Below, piece after piece: positions 19,016 through 29,345 of a stretch of DNA of 64,000 nucleotides. The DNA is from Lachnospiraceae bacterium. Lineage in GTDB: Bacteria; Bacillota; Clostridia; Lachnospirales; Lachnospiraceae. Under the pieces are notes generated by a model, which searched no databases, was not told the DNA's origin, and saw nothing but the letters and a program-made list of their open reading frames with translations. The translations under genes were made by a program, and so were the position numbers. The stretch is taken from the NCBI GenBank assembly GCA_014804355.1, contig JAAUZY010000006.1, positions 25,267 to 89,266 of the forward strand, in the 5' to 3' direction. Positions within the stretch are counted from its first letter, which is position 1, and each line of letters starts with the position of its first letter.

Positions 19016-20125
19016 GTGGGACAGGCACAGAGAAAAAGACAGCAGGGTGTCCGGTATCAGGATGTAGAACTGGAATTGTGGGAACTGGATACAGATGAGG
19101 AACAGGAAATTTACGGCAACAGGAACCGAAGAAACAACAGCAGGAACCGTAGCGGTTATGTGGGCAGCAGGGGTCGGGCAGACAGCGGCAGAGGCAACCG
19201 GAATTATGCAGGCCGCACAGGCAGGAGCCTGCAGACGTATGAGCGGCGACGGGAACAGAGCGGCGGTCAGGCGAGGCAGACGAGACAGCGAAGTCCGCAG
19301 CGTGAATTACAGGTGCAGGATATCAGACGATATCAGGGGACACGGGTGGAAGACCGGATCAACACGAGAAGCACCTATATGGGCAGCGCGCGTCCCGTGC
19401 AGTCGATCAAAAGGCGCAGGGCAAGAAAAAGGAAGGCGTACATCGTTCGAACGGTGTCGGTACTGATTGCCTTGACATGTCTGATTATGATTTATTTCAT
19501 GACAGGGGAAATCTACCGGTCCACGCATAGTCACAGCGGCAAAAGTGCTTTACAGAAAATGTCGGAGAAAATAACGGATATTGACAAAGGGATTGCACCG
19601 CCGGAAATCATAGAGGATCTTCTGGAAGTCAATGACTTCTCAAGACCGGGAACTGCGCTTAAGAAGGTAAAAAATATTTTTGTGCATTACACGGCAAATC
19701 CTAGGACGTCAGCGGCACAGAACAGGAGTTATTTTGCAAATCTGGCGTTGACACAGGAACGTTCGGCGAGTGCGCATCTGATCATTGGCTATGAGGGGGA
19801 GTTGATTCAGTGCATTCCTTTTGATGAGCAGGCATACGCGGTCATGACGAGGAATGAGGATTCCATATCTATAGAGTGCTGCTATCTGTCGGAGGACGGT
19901 TCGTTTACGTGGGAAACGTATGATACGCTGGTACATACTCTGGCATGGCTGATCGATAAATATGATCTGTCCACAGAGGATATCCTGCGCCACTATGACT
20001 GTGGCGGCAAGATGTGCCCGCTCTATTATGTGGAGCATGAGGAAGCGTGGGATCAGCTTCTGCAAGATGTAAAAATTTATAGGAACAATGCCAAACAGGC
20101 GGATACAGCAATGTCGGATCAATAA
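19016..20125 (+). CDS. N-acetylmuramoyl-L-alanine amidase (Amidase_2) with Arg/Gln/Gly-rich N-terminal tail and TM anchor
   Basis: IFVHYTAN, SAHLIIG, SISIEC, LRHYDCGGKMCP; GTG start with SD GAGGGG. Confidence 0.85.
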   Translation: MGQAQRKRQQGVRYQDVELELWELDTDEEQEIYGNRNRRNNSRNRSGYVGSRGRADSGRGNRNYAGRTGRSLQTYERRREQSGGQARQTRQRSPQRELQVQDIRRYQGTRVEDRINTRSTYMGSARPVQSIKRRRARKRKAYIVRTVSVLIALTCLIMIYFMTGEIYRSTHSHSGKSALQKMSEKITDIDKGIAPPEIIEDLLEVNDFSRPGTALKKVKNIFVHYTANPRTSAAQNRSYFANLALTQERSASAHLIIGYEGELIQCIPFDEQAYAVMTRNEDSISIECCYLSEDGSFTWETYDTLVHTLAWLIDKYDLSTEDILRHYDCGGKMCPLYYVEHEEAWDQLLQDVKIYRNNAKQADTAMSDQ

Positions 20126-20252
20126 ATGATCCGGCATTCCTTTTTGCCCCGACTCCGGTATAAAGACATGGAAAGAATATACATTTAATGTTATAATACA
20201 GATAGCGATAAACTATGCTTAATCGGTAACGGGGGAAGGCGGTGAAGCACAC

Positions 20253-20669
20253 ATGGAGGAAAAGAAGGAGAAGATCGTACTAGAGCAGACAGGTGATATG
20301 TCACACAGGAAACACATTCTGATTGTAGATGATGATGTGAATATGTTAAAGATACTGCGTTATTATTTACAGGACACTTATAAAGTAACAGTTGTCAATT
20401 CCGGCAAAGTGGCGGTTGATTTCCTGTTAAAATATACGCCGGATTTGATTCTTCTGGATTATATGATGCCCATGTTTAACGGCGCCGCTGTTCTTAAGAT
20501 CATTAAGAGCAGAGAAGCTACCAAAGATATTCCGGTCTATTTTCTCACGGGGCAAACGGATAAAACCACGGTTATGGAGTGTCTTTCCTTAAATCCGGCG
20601 GGCTATATCGTCAAGCCGGTTGCGAAGGAAGCGCTGCTTGCCAAAATAGCGGAAGCGTTTGCCGAGTAA
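20253..20669 (+). CDS. Stand-alone response regulator (receiver domain)
   Basis: ILIVDDD, DLILLDYMMP, FLT, YIVKP. Confidence 0.9.
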   Translation: MEEKKEKIVLEQTGDMSHRKHILIVDDDVNMLKILRYYLQDTYKVTVVNSGKVAVDFLLKYTPDLILLDYMMPMFNGAAVLKIIKSREATKDIPVYFLTGQTDKTTVMECLSLNPAGYIVKPVAKEALLAKIAEAFAE

Positions 20670-20685
20670 ATAAAGAGGAATTGCT

Positions 20686-23109
20686 ATGTGCGGAATTGAC
20701 AAAGACAGAGTTCCAAGATATTTATTTGGGGCTTTTTGTCTCTATTTAGTGTACTTTATATTTGTCATTATTTATCTTGATATGGGTCGAAGCTGGATCG
20801 TCGTACCCTTGGCGAGTTTCTTCTTAAGTCTTCTGATTGTGAGAGCCGGAGGCAGTAAGACTGAGATTCAGGCGTACACGATCTCAATATTTACCTTTAT
20901 TAATATTTTTGCATACAGTGTAATGCTTCAGGAGTTCACGGAGGTCTATACCGTTTTTTGCGCGGCTGTCTGCCTGATATCTTTTTATCATATTCTGCAG
21001 GCTAATTATCTGATGCTTGGTTTGAGCACGGTCTTCATTCTGTATGAATTGTTTTTTCAGGGAGAGTGGCAGAGTTTTCTGTTGCATGACAGTTCAATCG
21101 CAGTCACGATTCGAATTTTCAGCGTGTATCTGGTACAGGGTCTGTTGATCCTTTTGATCAGAAAACAGCAGCACCAGCAGAGCATGGTGGAGCAGAAGGC
21201 ACGGGAAGCAGAGAAGGCGGCACAGGCTAAGGAAGAATTTCTGGCGAATATGAGCCATGAGATCAGGACACCGATGAATGCAATTACGGGTATGGTGGAG
21301 CTGGCGCTGCGCAATGACGCGTTGCCGAATCAGGACAAAGAATATCTGTATAACATACGGGCAGCCGCAGAAGATCTGTTGGCCATCATCGATGATATTC
21401 TGGATATTACAAAAATAGATGCCGGTAATCTTGAGATCACAGAGGAAGAATATGAGATCACATCAATTGTACATGATGTCGTGAATGTGGCACAGGTTAT
21501 ACTGGGAGAGAAACCGGTAGTGCTTATGGTAGATGTGAGTCCGGATATTCCTGCCCGATTAAAAGGGGACGGCATACGCATTAAGCAGATCATGCTGAAT
21601 CTGCTCGGCAATGCGGCGAAATATACGGAGAGAGGCAGCATTCGCCTGCAAGTGGCGGCAATCCCGATTGAGGGGGAGAATAATAAGACTGATCTGAAGG
21701 TCTGTGTGACGGACACCGGTATCGGTATTTCCGAGGAGCAGCTGGAGGATCTGTTCATGAAATTTAAACAGGCGGACAGCGGTATGAACCGGTCCAGAGG
21801 CGGAAGCGGTCTGGGACTTGCGATTTCTAAGAGACTGGTTGAATTGATGGAGGGCACGCTCCAGGCGAAGAGTGAACCGGGCAAAGGCTCGGAATTCATG
21901 TTTACGGTCAGGCAGGAAGTGATAGATGACAGGCCGTGTATTGAGAGCGATCCGCAGATAGTACTGCCCCTGCCACCGGAAGAGAACGCGGTACATAGGG
22001 AGCAACGCAAGAAAGAAGGACGGCAGGTGACTTTTACGGCACCCACTGTCAGAATATTACTTGTGGATGATAATAAGGTGAATCTGAGGGTAGCAGAGGG
22101 GCTGCTGCGGCCTTATAAGATGTGTATCGAGATGGCCTACAGCGGTAAACAGGCGATAGAGATGGTACGGAATCGCGTCTACGATCTTATTTTTATGGAT
22201 CATATGATGCCGGAGATGGATGGCGTGGAAACGACCAAAGTTATCCGGGCCATGGAGGAAGAACGTTTCCGTACCGTACCGATCATAGCGCTTTCGGCGA
22301 ATGCCGTGCGCGGGGCGAAGGAGATGTTTCTGGAAGCCGGTATGAATGATTTTGTGGCAAAGCCCATTGAAATGCGTATTATGGACAGAACATTGCGCAG
22401 ATGGCTGCCGGCTGATAAGGTGATCTCGAATCGAAATGCGACGGAGGCGGCGCGTCAGGAAGAATACGGCGGGATGAAAACTAACCCTATGCTGTGGCAG
22501 ATGAATGGGATTGATGTGGCTGTCGGGATGAAATATTCCGGCGATGATGCAAATCTTTATAGAGATGTCCTATCCGATTATATGGATACGATAGAGGAGA
22601 AGGCCGATCTTATAGAAAAGGCAGTAGAGGAAAGAGATCTTGAGACATACACGATTGAGGTACATTCTCTGAAGAGTACGTCAAAAGCCATAGGAGCGCT
22701 GGAACTGTCGGAGCTGGCTAAAGACCTGGAAGAGAATGGCAAGAATGAAGAGTGGGAACCGATTATTGCGAGGACGCCGGCGCTGTTGTTCTTATACAGG
22801 GAACTATACGATATCATTATGCCTTATCATACGATTGAAGAAGAGGAAGAGCAGGAGAAACAAGCTTTGGATGACAAAGAGCTTGCACAGCTGTTGGGAC
22901 AGTTGTTAGACAGTGTGAGCATGTATGACTCTCTCCGTGCGGAAGAGATTATAGCCGAATTATCCAAGTATGCTTATCCGGATAATTGGAGCGGTTATCT
23001 GCAGACCGTTACAGAAGCAATGGGGCGGTTTGATTATGATATCTGTAAGCAGCAAGTCATTTTGTGGAGGAATGAGTTGAAGACGAAACTGCGGGAGGCA
23101 GCAGATTAA
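20686..23109 (+). CDS. Hybrid sensor histidine kinase (TM-HisKA-HATPase-REC-Hpt)
   Basis: MSHEIRTPMN, NLLGNAAKY, DTGIGI, GSGLGL, DLIFMDHMMP, EVHSLKS. Confidence 0.92.
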   Translation: MCGIDKDRVPRYLFGAFCLYLVYFIFVIIYLDMGRSWIVVPLASFFLSLLIVRAGGSKTEIQAYTISIFTFINIFAYSVMLQEFTEVYTVFCAAVCLISFYHILQANYLMLGLSTVFILYELFFQGEWQSFLLHDSSIAVTIRIFSVYLVQGLLILLIRKQQHQQSMVEQKAREAEKAAQAKEEFLANMSHEIRTPMNAITGMVELALRNDALPNQDKEYLYNIRAAAEDLLAIIDDILDITKIDAGNLEITEEEYEITSIVHDVVNVAQVILGEKPVVLMVDVSPDIPARLKGDGIRIKQIMLNLLGNAAKYTERGSIRLQVAAIPIEGENNKTDLKVCVTDTGIGISEEQLEDLFMKFKQADSGMNRSRGGSGLGLAISKRLVELMEGTLQAKSEPGKGSEFMFTVRQEVIDDRPCIESDPQIVLPLPPEENAVHREQRKKEGRQVTFTAPTVRILLVDDNKVNLRVAEGLLRPYKMCIEMAYSGKQAIEMVRNRVYDLIFMDHMMPEMDGVETTKVIRAMEEERFRTVPIIALSANAVRGAKEMFLEAGMNDFVAKPIEMRIMDRTLRRWLPADKVISNRNATEAARQEEYGGMKTNPMLWQMNGIDVAVGMKYSGDDANLYRDVLSDYMDTIEEKADLIEKAVEERDLETYTIEVHSLKSTSKAIGALELSELAKDLEENGKNEEWEPIIARTPALLFLYRELYDIIMPYHTIEEEEEQEKQALDDKELAQLLGQLLDSVSMYDSLRAEEIIAELSKYAYPDNWSGYLQTVTEAMGRFDYDICKQQVILWRNELKTKLREAAD

Positions 23110-23112
23110 TAT

Positions 23113-24030
23113 ATGGAAAAAGCATATAAACTGGAATTTGCCGGAGAGCAGACAGGCAGTCTGTATGTGAACTGCTGCGGACTTTCCAAAACAGAGGGAC
23201 TGCACAGCTTCGGTCCGGCATTAAAACCACATTATCTGGTACACTATATACTGAGCGGTAAGGGCAGATTTGCCATCGGTGGCAAAGAGTACCCGTTAGA
23301 AGCAGGCTGCGGTTTTCTGATTACGCCGGACGAGCTGGCTTTTTATCAGGCGGACGAGCATGATCCGTGGACTTATGTCTGGGTCGGTTTCAGCGGTACA
23401 TTGGCTGAGGAATATATCAATCATATCGGGCTGTCTGTCAGACAGCCCGTTTTCAGATCGGATGCGTCGGAAGAAATTTACCGGATCGTTAAAGATATGA
23501 TGGAGCATAATACTTTCGGGCTTTCCAATGATCTGCGCCGGAACGGGCAGCTCGGCATTTTCTTGTCAATCATAGCCGAGGGAACCAGACCGGAAGAAAA
23601 GAATGAAGAAGATCGGGCCAACACATATGTGCGCAAGGCGGTTTCCTTCATACAGAGTAATTATTATAATCCGATCAAGGTGACTGATGTGGCGGATTAC
23701 GTCTGCATCAACAGAAGTTACCTGTATACGCTTTTCAGAAATTCCATGGGAATGTCTCCCCAGCAGTTTCTGACGACATTTCGCATCACGAGGGCGGCAC
23801 AGCTGTTGGCAGTTACGGAGCTGCCGATTGAAAGTATTGCGCTTTCCTGCGGATACCACGATCCGCTTGTATTTACCAAGGCATTTAAACAGATGAAGAA
23901 GATGTCGCCCACGGGTTACCGCAGACAGATGCAGGAAGGCGGGACACGCCGTAATAAGGAATATTTGAAACAGGTGGAGGATTTCATTAATCAGATCAAC
24001 AGCCTGAACGATACGTTGTCACCGGCATAA
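23113..24030 (+). CDS. AraC family transcriptional regulator (MsmR-like)
   Basis: Cupin-type N-terminal domain, INRSYLYTLF, IALSCGYHDPLVFTKAFK; adjacent to gal genes. Confidence 0.88.
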   Translation: MEKAYKLEFAGEQTGSLYVNCCGLSKTEGLHSFGPALKPHYLVHYILSGKGRFAIGGKEYPLEAGCGFLITPDELAFYQADEHDPWTYVWVGFSGTLAEEYINHIGLSVRQPVFRSDASEEIYRIVKDMMEHNTFGLSNDLRRNGQLGIFLSIIAEGTRPEEKNEEDRANTYVRKAVSFIQSNYYNPIKVTDVADYVCINRSYLYTLFRNSMGMSPQQFLTTFRITRAAQLLAVTELPIESIALSCGYHDPLVFTKAFKQMKKMSPTGYRRQMQEGGTRRNKEYLKQVEDFINQINSLNDTLSPA

Positions 24031-24309
24031 TGCGGCAAGGGTATGGAGCCGACGGAATAGTAACTCATATAACATTTTGACAGATTTATTTAACAAAGAG
24101 ATATTTTAAAACGGCCCGATATTATATATCATTAAAGCATATAAACAAGGGAGAGCAACCGTGTGCGCATATAATCCGGAATAAAAGAGATGCGTATATG
24201 GGATTTACAACAAAAAGCTAAAGACGAATCGGGAGACGACAGCGGGACGGACAGAGAAGAAGAGGCGTTTGGGAGCGCTTAGTATAATAAAATTTAAGAG
24301 AGAAGGAGA

Positions 24310-25479
24310 ATGGGCATGAAAGAAACAGTATTAAAGAAATTTGAGGAACTGTATGGGGATACGCAGGGTGTGAATGTCTATTTTGCACCGGGACGTGTGA
24401 ATCTGATCGGTGAGCATACGGATTATAACGGAGGACATGTTTTCCCGTGTGCACTGACTATCGGCACTTATGCCGCAGTCAGAAAGAGAGCGGACAAAAA
24501 ATTAAATTTCTATTCTATGAATTTTGAAGAGCTGGGTATAATCGAGAGCAGTCTGGAAGATTTAAATCCCTCCGACAAGGCGGGATGGACTAACTATCCG
24601 AAGGGTGTTATGTGGGCTTTTGCAGGTAGAGGCATGGAGATGGACTGTGGTCTGGACATGGTACTTAACGGCAACATCCCGAACGGGTCAGGATTGTCGT
24701 CCTCGGCTTCACTGGAAGTTCTTACCGGTTACGTTCTGAAAGATTTGTACGGATTTGAGGTAACGAATATTGATCTGGCGAAGATTGGTCAGTATTCCGA
24801 GAATAATTTTAACGGTATGAACTGTGGTATTATGGATCAGTTTGCATCTGCCATGGGTAAGAAGGACAATGCAATTTTCCTGGATACGGCAGATCTGTCT
24901 TATGAGTATGCGCCCCTTGTACTGAATGGTGCGAAGATCGTGGTAACCAATAGTAACGTGAAACATTCACTCGTCAATTCGGCGTACAACGAGAGAAGAA
25001 GTGAGTGCGAGAAAGCGCTGGAGGAGTTACAGGCCGTGATTGATATCAAAGGGCTGGGCGATCTTACCGAGGAGCAGTTTGAAGCAAACAAATCGGCCAT
25101 CAAGGACGAGGTGCGTGTCAGAAGAGCGAAACATGCGGTGTATGAGAATCAGAGAACGATTCGTGCGGTAGAAGCGCTTAAGAAGAATGACCTGAAGCTG
25201 TTCGGTGAGTTGATGAATGCTTCGCATGTATCGTTAAGAGACGATTATGCAGTTTCTTGTGAGGAGATCGATGTGTTAGTGGAAGAAGCGTGGAAGATTG
25301 ACGGTGTGATCGGGTCCCGCATTACCGGCGGCGGATTCGGCGGTTGTACGGTCAGTATCGTGCGCGATGAAGCGGTGGACGCTTTCAGGGAGAAAGTCGG
25401 TGCAGCGTATCAGGAGCGTGTGGGTAAGACAGCGGATTTCTATGTGGTAGAGATCGGTGACGGACCGAGCAGACTCTGA
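24310..25479 (+). CDS. galK: Galactokinase
   Basis: GRVNLIGEHTDYNGG, IPNGSGLSSSAS, CGIMDQ, SRITGGGFGGC. Confidence 0.96.
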   Translation: MGMKETVLKKFEELYGDTQGVNVYFAPGRVNLIGEHTDYNGGHVFPCALTIGTYAAVRKRADKKLNFYSMNFEELGIIESSLEDLNPSDKAGWTNYPKGVMWAFAGRGMEMDCGLDMVLNGNIPNGSGLSSSASLEVLTGYVLKDLYGFEVTNIDLAKIGQYSENNFNGMNCGIMDQFASAMGKKDNAIFLDTADLSYEYAPLVLNGAKIVVTNSNVKHSLVNSAYNERRSECEKALEELQAVIDIKGLGDLTEEQFEANKSAIKDEVRVRRAKHAVYENQRTIRAVEALKKNDLKLFGELMNASHVSLRDDYAVSCEEIDVLVEEAWKIDGVIGSRITGGGFGGCTVSIVRDEAVDAFREKVGAAYQERVGKTADFYVVEIGDGPSRL

Positions 25480-25582
25480 TTTGACATTTTATTAACATGA
25501 ATAACATGCGTCCGGGTGCATTGTGAAGAAAACCGGAAGTGTTGCAGACGACAGAAAGCCAAATTGACGGGAAGGAGATATT

Positions 25583-27088
25583 ATGATTCAACAGAATATT
25601 AAGAAACTGGTACAATACGGATTGCAGACCGGTTTAATTACGGAAGCGGATAAAATTTATACGACCAACAGATTGCTGGAGCTGTTTCGGCTGGATGAGC
25701 TGGAAGAAGATAACACTAATGTCACAATGAGCGAAGAGGAACTGGAAGATGTACTTGGCTCTATGATGGATTATGCGTATGAGCAGGGTATCATGACGGA
25801 GAACAGTATCGTCTACCGTGATTTGTTTGACACGAAGATCATGAGTATGCTGGTGCCCAGACCCAGTGAGGTGATCTCTGTATTTGAAGCGAAGTATAAG
25901 AATGATCCCAGGGAGGCCACGGATTATTTCTATAAATTAAGTCAGGACACAGACTATATCAGAAGATACCGCATCAAGAAGGACCAGAAGTGGATAGCTT
26001 CGACGAAATATGGAGATCTGGATATCACGATCAATTTGTCCAAGCCGGAGAAAGACCCTAAAGCGATTGCCGCAGCCAAGAATGCAAAGCAGAGCGGTTA
26101 TCCGAAATGTCTGCTCTGTATCGAGAACGAGGGATATGCAGGCCGTGTGAATCATCCCGCAAGGCAGAATCACAGGATCATTCCGGTTACGATTAACGGA
26201 AGCAAATGGGGATTTCAGTATTCTCCCTACGTGTATTATAATGAGCACTGTATTGTGTTTAACTCTAAGCACATTCCGATGAAAATTGAACACGATACGT
26301 TTTGTAAATTGTTTGACTTTGTAAAACAGTTTCCGCACTATTTCGTGGGCTCCAATGCTGATCTGCCGATCGTTGGTGGCTCGATTTTGAGCCATGATCA
26401 TTTCCAGGGCGGACATTATGAGTTTGCTATGGCCAGAGCCGATGTAGAGAGAACCTTTACCGTGAAAGGATTTGAAGATGTAAAAGCGGGGATCGTAAAC
26501 TGGCCGATGTCGGTAATCCGTATTGCATCACAGGATACAGACAGGCTGATTGCTTTAGCGGATGTGATTCTGGCAGCGTGGAGAGGTTATACGGATGAAG
26601 CGGTGTTCATCTACGCTGAAACGGATGGAGAACCTCATAATACCATTACGCCGATTGCCAGAAAGAGAGGCGATCTATACGAGTTGGATCTGGTGCTGCG
26701 CAACAATATTACCACACAGGAGCACCCGCTCGGCGTATACCATCCGCATGCAAATCTGCATCATATCAAAAAAGAGAATATCGGACTGATCGAAGTAATG
26801 GGATTAGCGGTATTGCCGGCCAGATTAAAGGATGAGATGGAGCGTCTGGCAGAGGCAATTGTCTCCGGTGCAGACATTCGCAAAGATGAAGTGCTTGAGA
26901 AGCATGCCGACTGGGTAGATGAGTTTCTGCCTAAGTATCAGGACGTTACCAAGGATAATATAATGGATATTCTGCATAAGGAGATCGGTAACGTGTTTAT
27001 GCAGGTGCTGGAGGATGCCGGTGTCTATAAGAGGACGGAGGAAGGACAGGCGGCATTTGACCGGTTTGTGCAGAGCCTGAACAAATAG
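25583..27088 (+). CDS. galT: Galactose-1-phosphate uridylyltransferase (type II)
   Basis: TINLSKPEKDPK, YPKCLLC, SNADLPIVGGSILSHDHFQGG, HIKKENIGLIEVMG. Confidence 0.95.
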   Translation: MIQQNIKKLVQYGLQTGLITEADKIYTTNRLLELFRLDELEEDNTNVTMSEEELEDVLGSMMDYAYEQGIMTENSIVYRDLFDTKIMSMLVPRPSEVISVFEAKYKNDPREATDYFYKLSQDTDYIRRYRIKKDQKWIASTKYGDLDITINLSKPEKDPKAIAAAKNAKQSGYPKCLLCIENEGYAGRVNHPARQNHRIIPVTINGSKWGFQYSPYVYYNEHCIVFNSKHIPMKIEHDTFCKLFDFVKQFPHYFVGSNADLPIVGGSILSHDHFQGGHYEFAMARADVERTFTVKGFEDVKAGIVNWPMSVIRIASQDTDRLIALADVILAAWRGYTDEAVFIYAETDGEPHNTITPIARKRGDLYELDLVLRNNITTQEHPLGVYHPHANLHHIKKENIGLIEVMGLAVLPARLKDEMERLAEAIVSGADIRKDEVLEKHADWVDEFLPKYQDVTKDNIMDILHKEIGNVFMQVLEDAGVYKRTEEGQAAFDRFVQSLNK

Positions 27089-27156
27089 GGAAGCGCATAC
27101 CGGACTATTGCAGAGTATAAACATAAGTAATCGATAGTGTATTATGAAAAGAAATG

Positions 27157-27184
27157 AGGCGGAATCGTTAGATTCCGCCTTTTA
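27157..27184 (+). terminator. Intrinsic terminator after galT
   Basis: AGGCGGAATC-gtta-GATTCCGCCT followed by TTT. Confidence 0.8.
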
Positions 27185-27359
27185 GACACGCCTGCCAAAA
27201 GCAGTGTGAAGATCAGAAATGACAGAGTAAGGTGGTGTTTCGGTTTATAGGGATGATCTGTCATTCTGTTAGAAATGCGATGCTATTATGTATAAAGCCG
27301 ACAGATGTTGCTGGGCATGTGTTTGTGTATATTACATACGACATTTATTAGAATATTTT

Positions 27360-27707
27360 TCAAAGGTTCTCATTAACATCCAGTATGCTGCAAAAAAGGT
27401 TATAGAAGTCTTTCTGTTGGCGCGGAGTCAATTTTTGGAACATGGAGATCATATGTTGATACTTCTTAAGAAGATGCATGTTGTCTGCCAATAACAAATC
27501 TGCACTCAGACGTTCCTCAGAAAGATACAGAACATAATCCGTAGAGACCTGAAAAAAACGTGATACACTGACCACAAGCGTGGCATCGGGAGTAGATAAC
27601 CCGCATTCCAATTTGCTCAATGTGGTCTGATTGACACCCAGATAGTTTGCGAGTGTCTGTTGTGATAATTTTTTTTCCAATCGTAATTCTTTGATTCTTG
27701 TTTTCAT
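27360..27707 (-). CDS. XRE family helix-turn-helix regulator
   Basis: RIKELRLEKKLSQQTLANYLGVNQTTLSKLE, FFQVSTDYVL; SD AAGGA. Confidence 0.85.
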   Translation of the reverse strand: MKTRIKELRLEKKLSQQTLANYLGVNQTTLSKLECGLSTPDATLVVSVSRFFQVSTDYVLYLSEERLSADLLLADNMHLLKKYQHMISMFQKLTPRQQKDFYNLFCSILDVNENL

Positions 27708-27833
27708 GCGAGTATCCTTTTTGTTATTTTAGGCGATTTCCTCCAGGAAAAAATTCCAATTTTTAATAAGGATATTCTGTACAGAATAATTTTGGATAAA
27801 GGCAGTAGGAAAAGTGGTATAAGAGAAAAATAA

Positions 27834-27880
27834 ATACAATATGTTGTGCGGAATTACGATAATAGTACAATATATTGACG
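27834..27880. promoter_or_regulatory. Tandem NrdR-like boxes
   Basis: ATACAATATGTTGTGC (27834-27849) and GTACAATATATTGACG (27865-27880), starts 31 bp apart; 13/16 and 11/16 matches to acaCwAtATaTwGtgt. Confidence 0.55.
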
Positions 27881-28005
27881 AATATGTAGTGTCTTAAATA
27901 TGGAGATGTTGGAGCGCAGATAATTAAGTTATACTAAAATATAAGGCAAGTGCATTTTTCGCCCGTAGAATGTGATATACTGCTCTATAACAGGGAGGAT
28001 TCACA

Positions 28006-28734
28006 ATGGGAGAGAAACCGACAGGCTCATATGTATGTATTGACTTGGAGACGACAGGACTGAACCCCAAGACAGATAAGATCATTGAGATCGGTGCAAT
28101 CAGGGTTGAGAATCATGTAACCGTAGAAGAGTGGGAAACATTCGTGAATCCGGACAGACAACTGGACGAGCGAATTATTGAATTAACAGGAATACATGAC
28201 GAGCAGCTGATATCGGCGCCGACGATCGATCAGGTGCTGCCGAAGCTGCTTGAGGTGATAGGGGATCGTGTGCTGCTGGGGCACAGTGTGACATTTGATT
28301 ATTCTTTTATCAAAAGGGCGGCAGTAGGACAGAAGCTGTCCTTTGAGAAAGACGGTATTGATACGCTTAAGATTGCCCGCAAATATCTGCCGGATCTGGA
28401 AAGCCGCAGCCTTGGTTATCTGTGCGAATATTACGGCATCAATCACAGTGCGCACAGGGCGCTTTTCGATGCACAGGCTACTGTAGAATTGTACCGGAAA
28501 TTGGCAGAGTTGTTCTATGATATAGAAGCAGCAGAAGGAAATAAAAGCCTGTTTCTGCCAAAAAAACTGCGGCATAATGTGAAACGGGAAACGCCGGCCA
28601 CGAAACCGCAGAAAGAACAGTTATATAAATTGAGAGACAGGCATAAACTGATAATAGATTATGATATTGAAAAGCTTACCCGCAGCGAGGCTAGCAGGAA
28701 GATTGATCGTATTCTTGCAGAATACGGACGATAG
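28006..28734 (+). CDS. DEDDh 3'-5' exonuclease (DnaQ/PolC-exonuclease-like)
   Basis: IDLETTG, GHSVTFD, HRALFDA; extended -10 TGATATACT at 27973-27981; SD GGAGG. Confidence 0.88.
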   Translation: MGEKPTGSYVCIDLETTGLNPKTDKIIEIGAIRVENHVTVEEWETFVNPDRQLDERIIELTGIHDEQLISAPTIDQVLPKLLEVIGDRVLLGHSVTFDYSFIKRAAVGQKLSFEKDGIDTLKIARKYLPDLESRSLGYLCEYYGINHSAHRALFDAQATVELYRKLAELFYDIEAAEGNKSLFLPKKLRHNVKRETPATKPQKEQLYKLRDRHKLIIDYDIEKLTRSEASRKIDRILAEYGR

Positions 28735-29308
28735 TCTTCTGCATGGCGGAGTTTAACGTTTCGGCGATCGGGTACAGATTGTGGATTTTTTCCGGTGTTT
28801 GCTGTTCCTGATAGATCTGACAGAGCAGGCGGTATGTGGAGCTTACGTCAGAGCCTGTGGAGACGGAGAACTCCAGCATGTGACAAGCTTCCCCGATGTA
28901 TCCCGAATCATAGAGAAGCTGTGCCCACTGCTGTAATGTGCGAACCAGAAGAGTATAGTTCTGATCGTAACGGATCAGAAGATCAAGATTGGGAGCACCG
29001 TAGCGCAATTTAAGCTCCGTGTTGGTAAGACCGGTGAAATTGACGATAGGCAGTTCGCTCAAAGAGAGAATAATCTGTTTATAGTCCTCTACCTTCGGGA
29101 CATCCTCAAGAAGCGACATCGGAAACTCTTCTACGGGAATCGTAATGTAGTCAAGATCATCCAGCGGCTTACGTCTTGTGCTGTTAGCCGCAAGCTCTCT
29201 TTCCCAGAAGGCTTCCCGTGAAGAGGCGTCGGATTTTTTATGGGATTTGAGGTAGAAGAAGATTGCGGCGGAAAGTATGAGAACGCTTGCATTAAATATA
29301 AAATTCAT
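28691..29308 (-). CDS. Hypothetical membrane-anchored protein
   Basis: SD GAAAGGA before ATG 29308; N-terminal hydrophobic helix; FWERELAANSTRRK. Confidence 0.7.
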   Translation of the reverse strand: MNFIFNASVLILSAAIFFYLKSHKKSDASSREAFWERELAANSTRRKPLDDLDYITIPVEEFPMSLLEDVPKVEDYKQIILSLSELPIVNFTGLTNTELKLRYGAPNLDLLIRYDQNYTLLVRTLQQWAQLLYDSGYIGEACHMLEFSVSTGSDVSSTYRLLCQIYQEQQTPEKIHNLYPIAETLNSAMQKTIVRILQEYDQSSC

Positions 29309-29345
29309 ATATAATATCCTTTCAGAAAGTAGGGAGGATTCATCT

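Noticed and set aside
21330-22046. 238-aa antisense ORF inside the hybrid kinase (and similar shadows in galT, mutS2, yhaM, malF)
   Set aside because: Ser/Ile-rich shadow translations typical of the reverse strand of real genes.
24190-24282. 30-codon ORF upstream of galK (MRIWDLQQK...)
   Set aside because: Weak SD and no recognisable features; cannot be supported as a leader peptide.
27214-27270. Long-loop inverted repeat (CAGAAATGACAGA/TCTGTCATTCTG), similar in shape to 52443-52492, considered as an attC-like recombination site
   Set aside because: No shared sequence between the hairpins and no GTTRRRY core. Both lie downstream of convergent genes and are most simply terminators.
28691-28734. 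44-nt 3' overlap of the convergent exonuclease and hypothetical genes
   Set aside because: Short convergent overlaps are common, and nothing suggests a special function.
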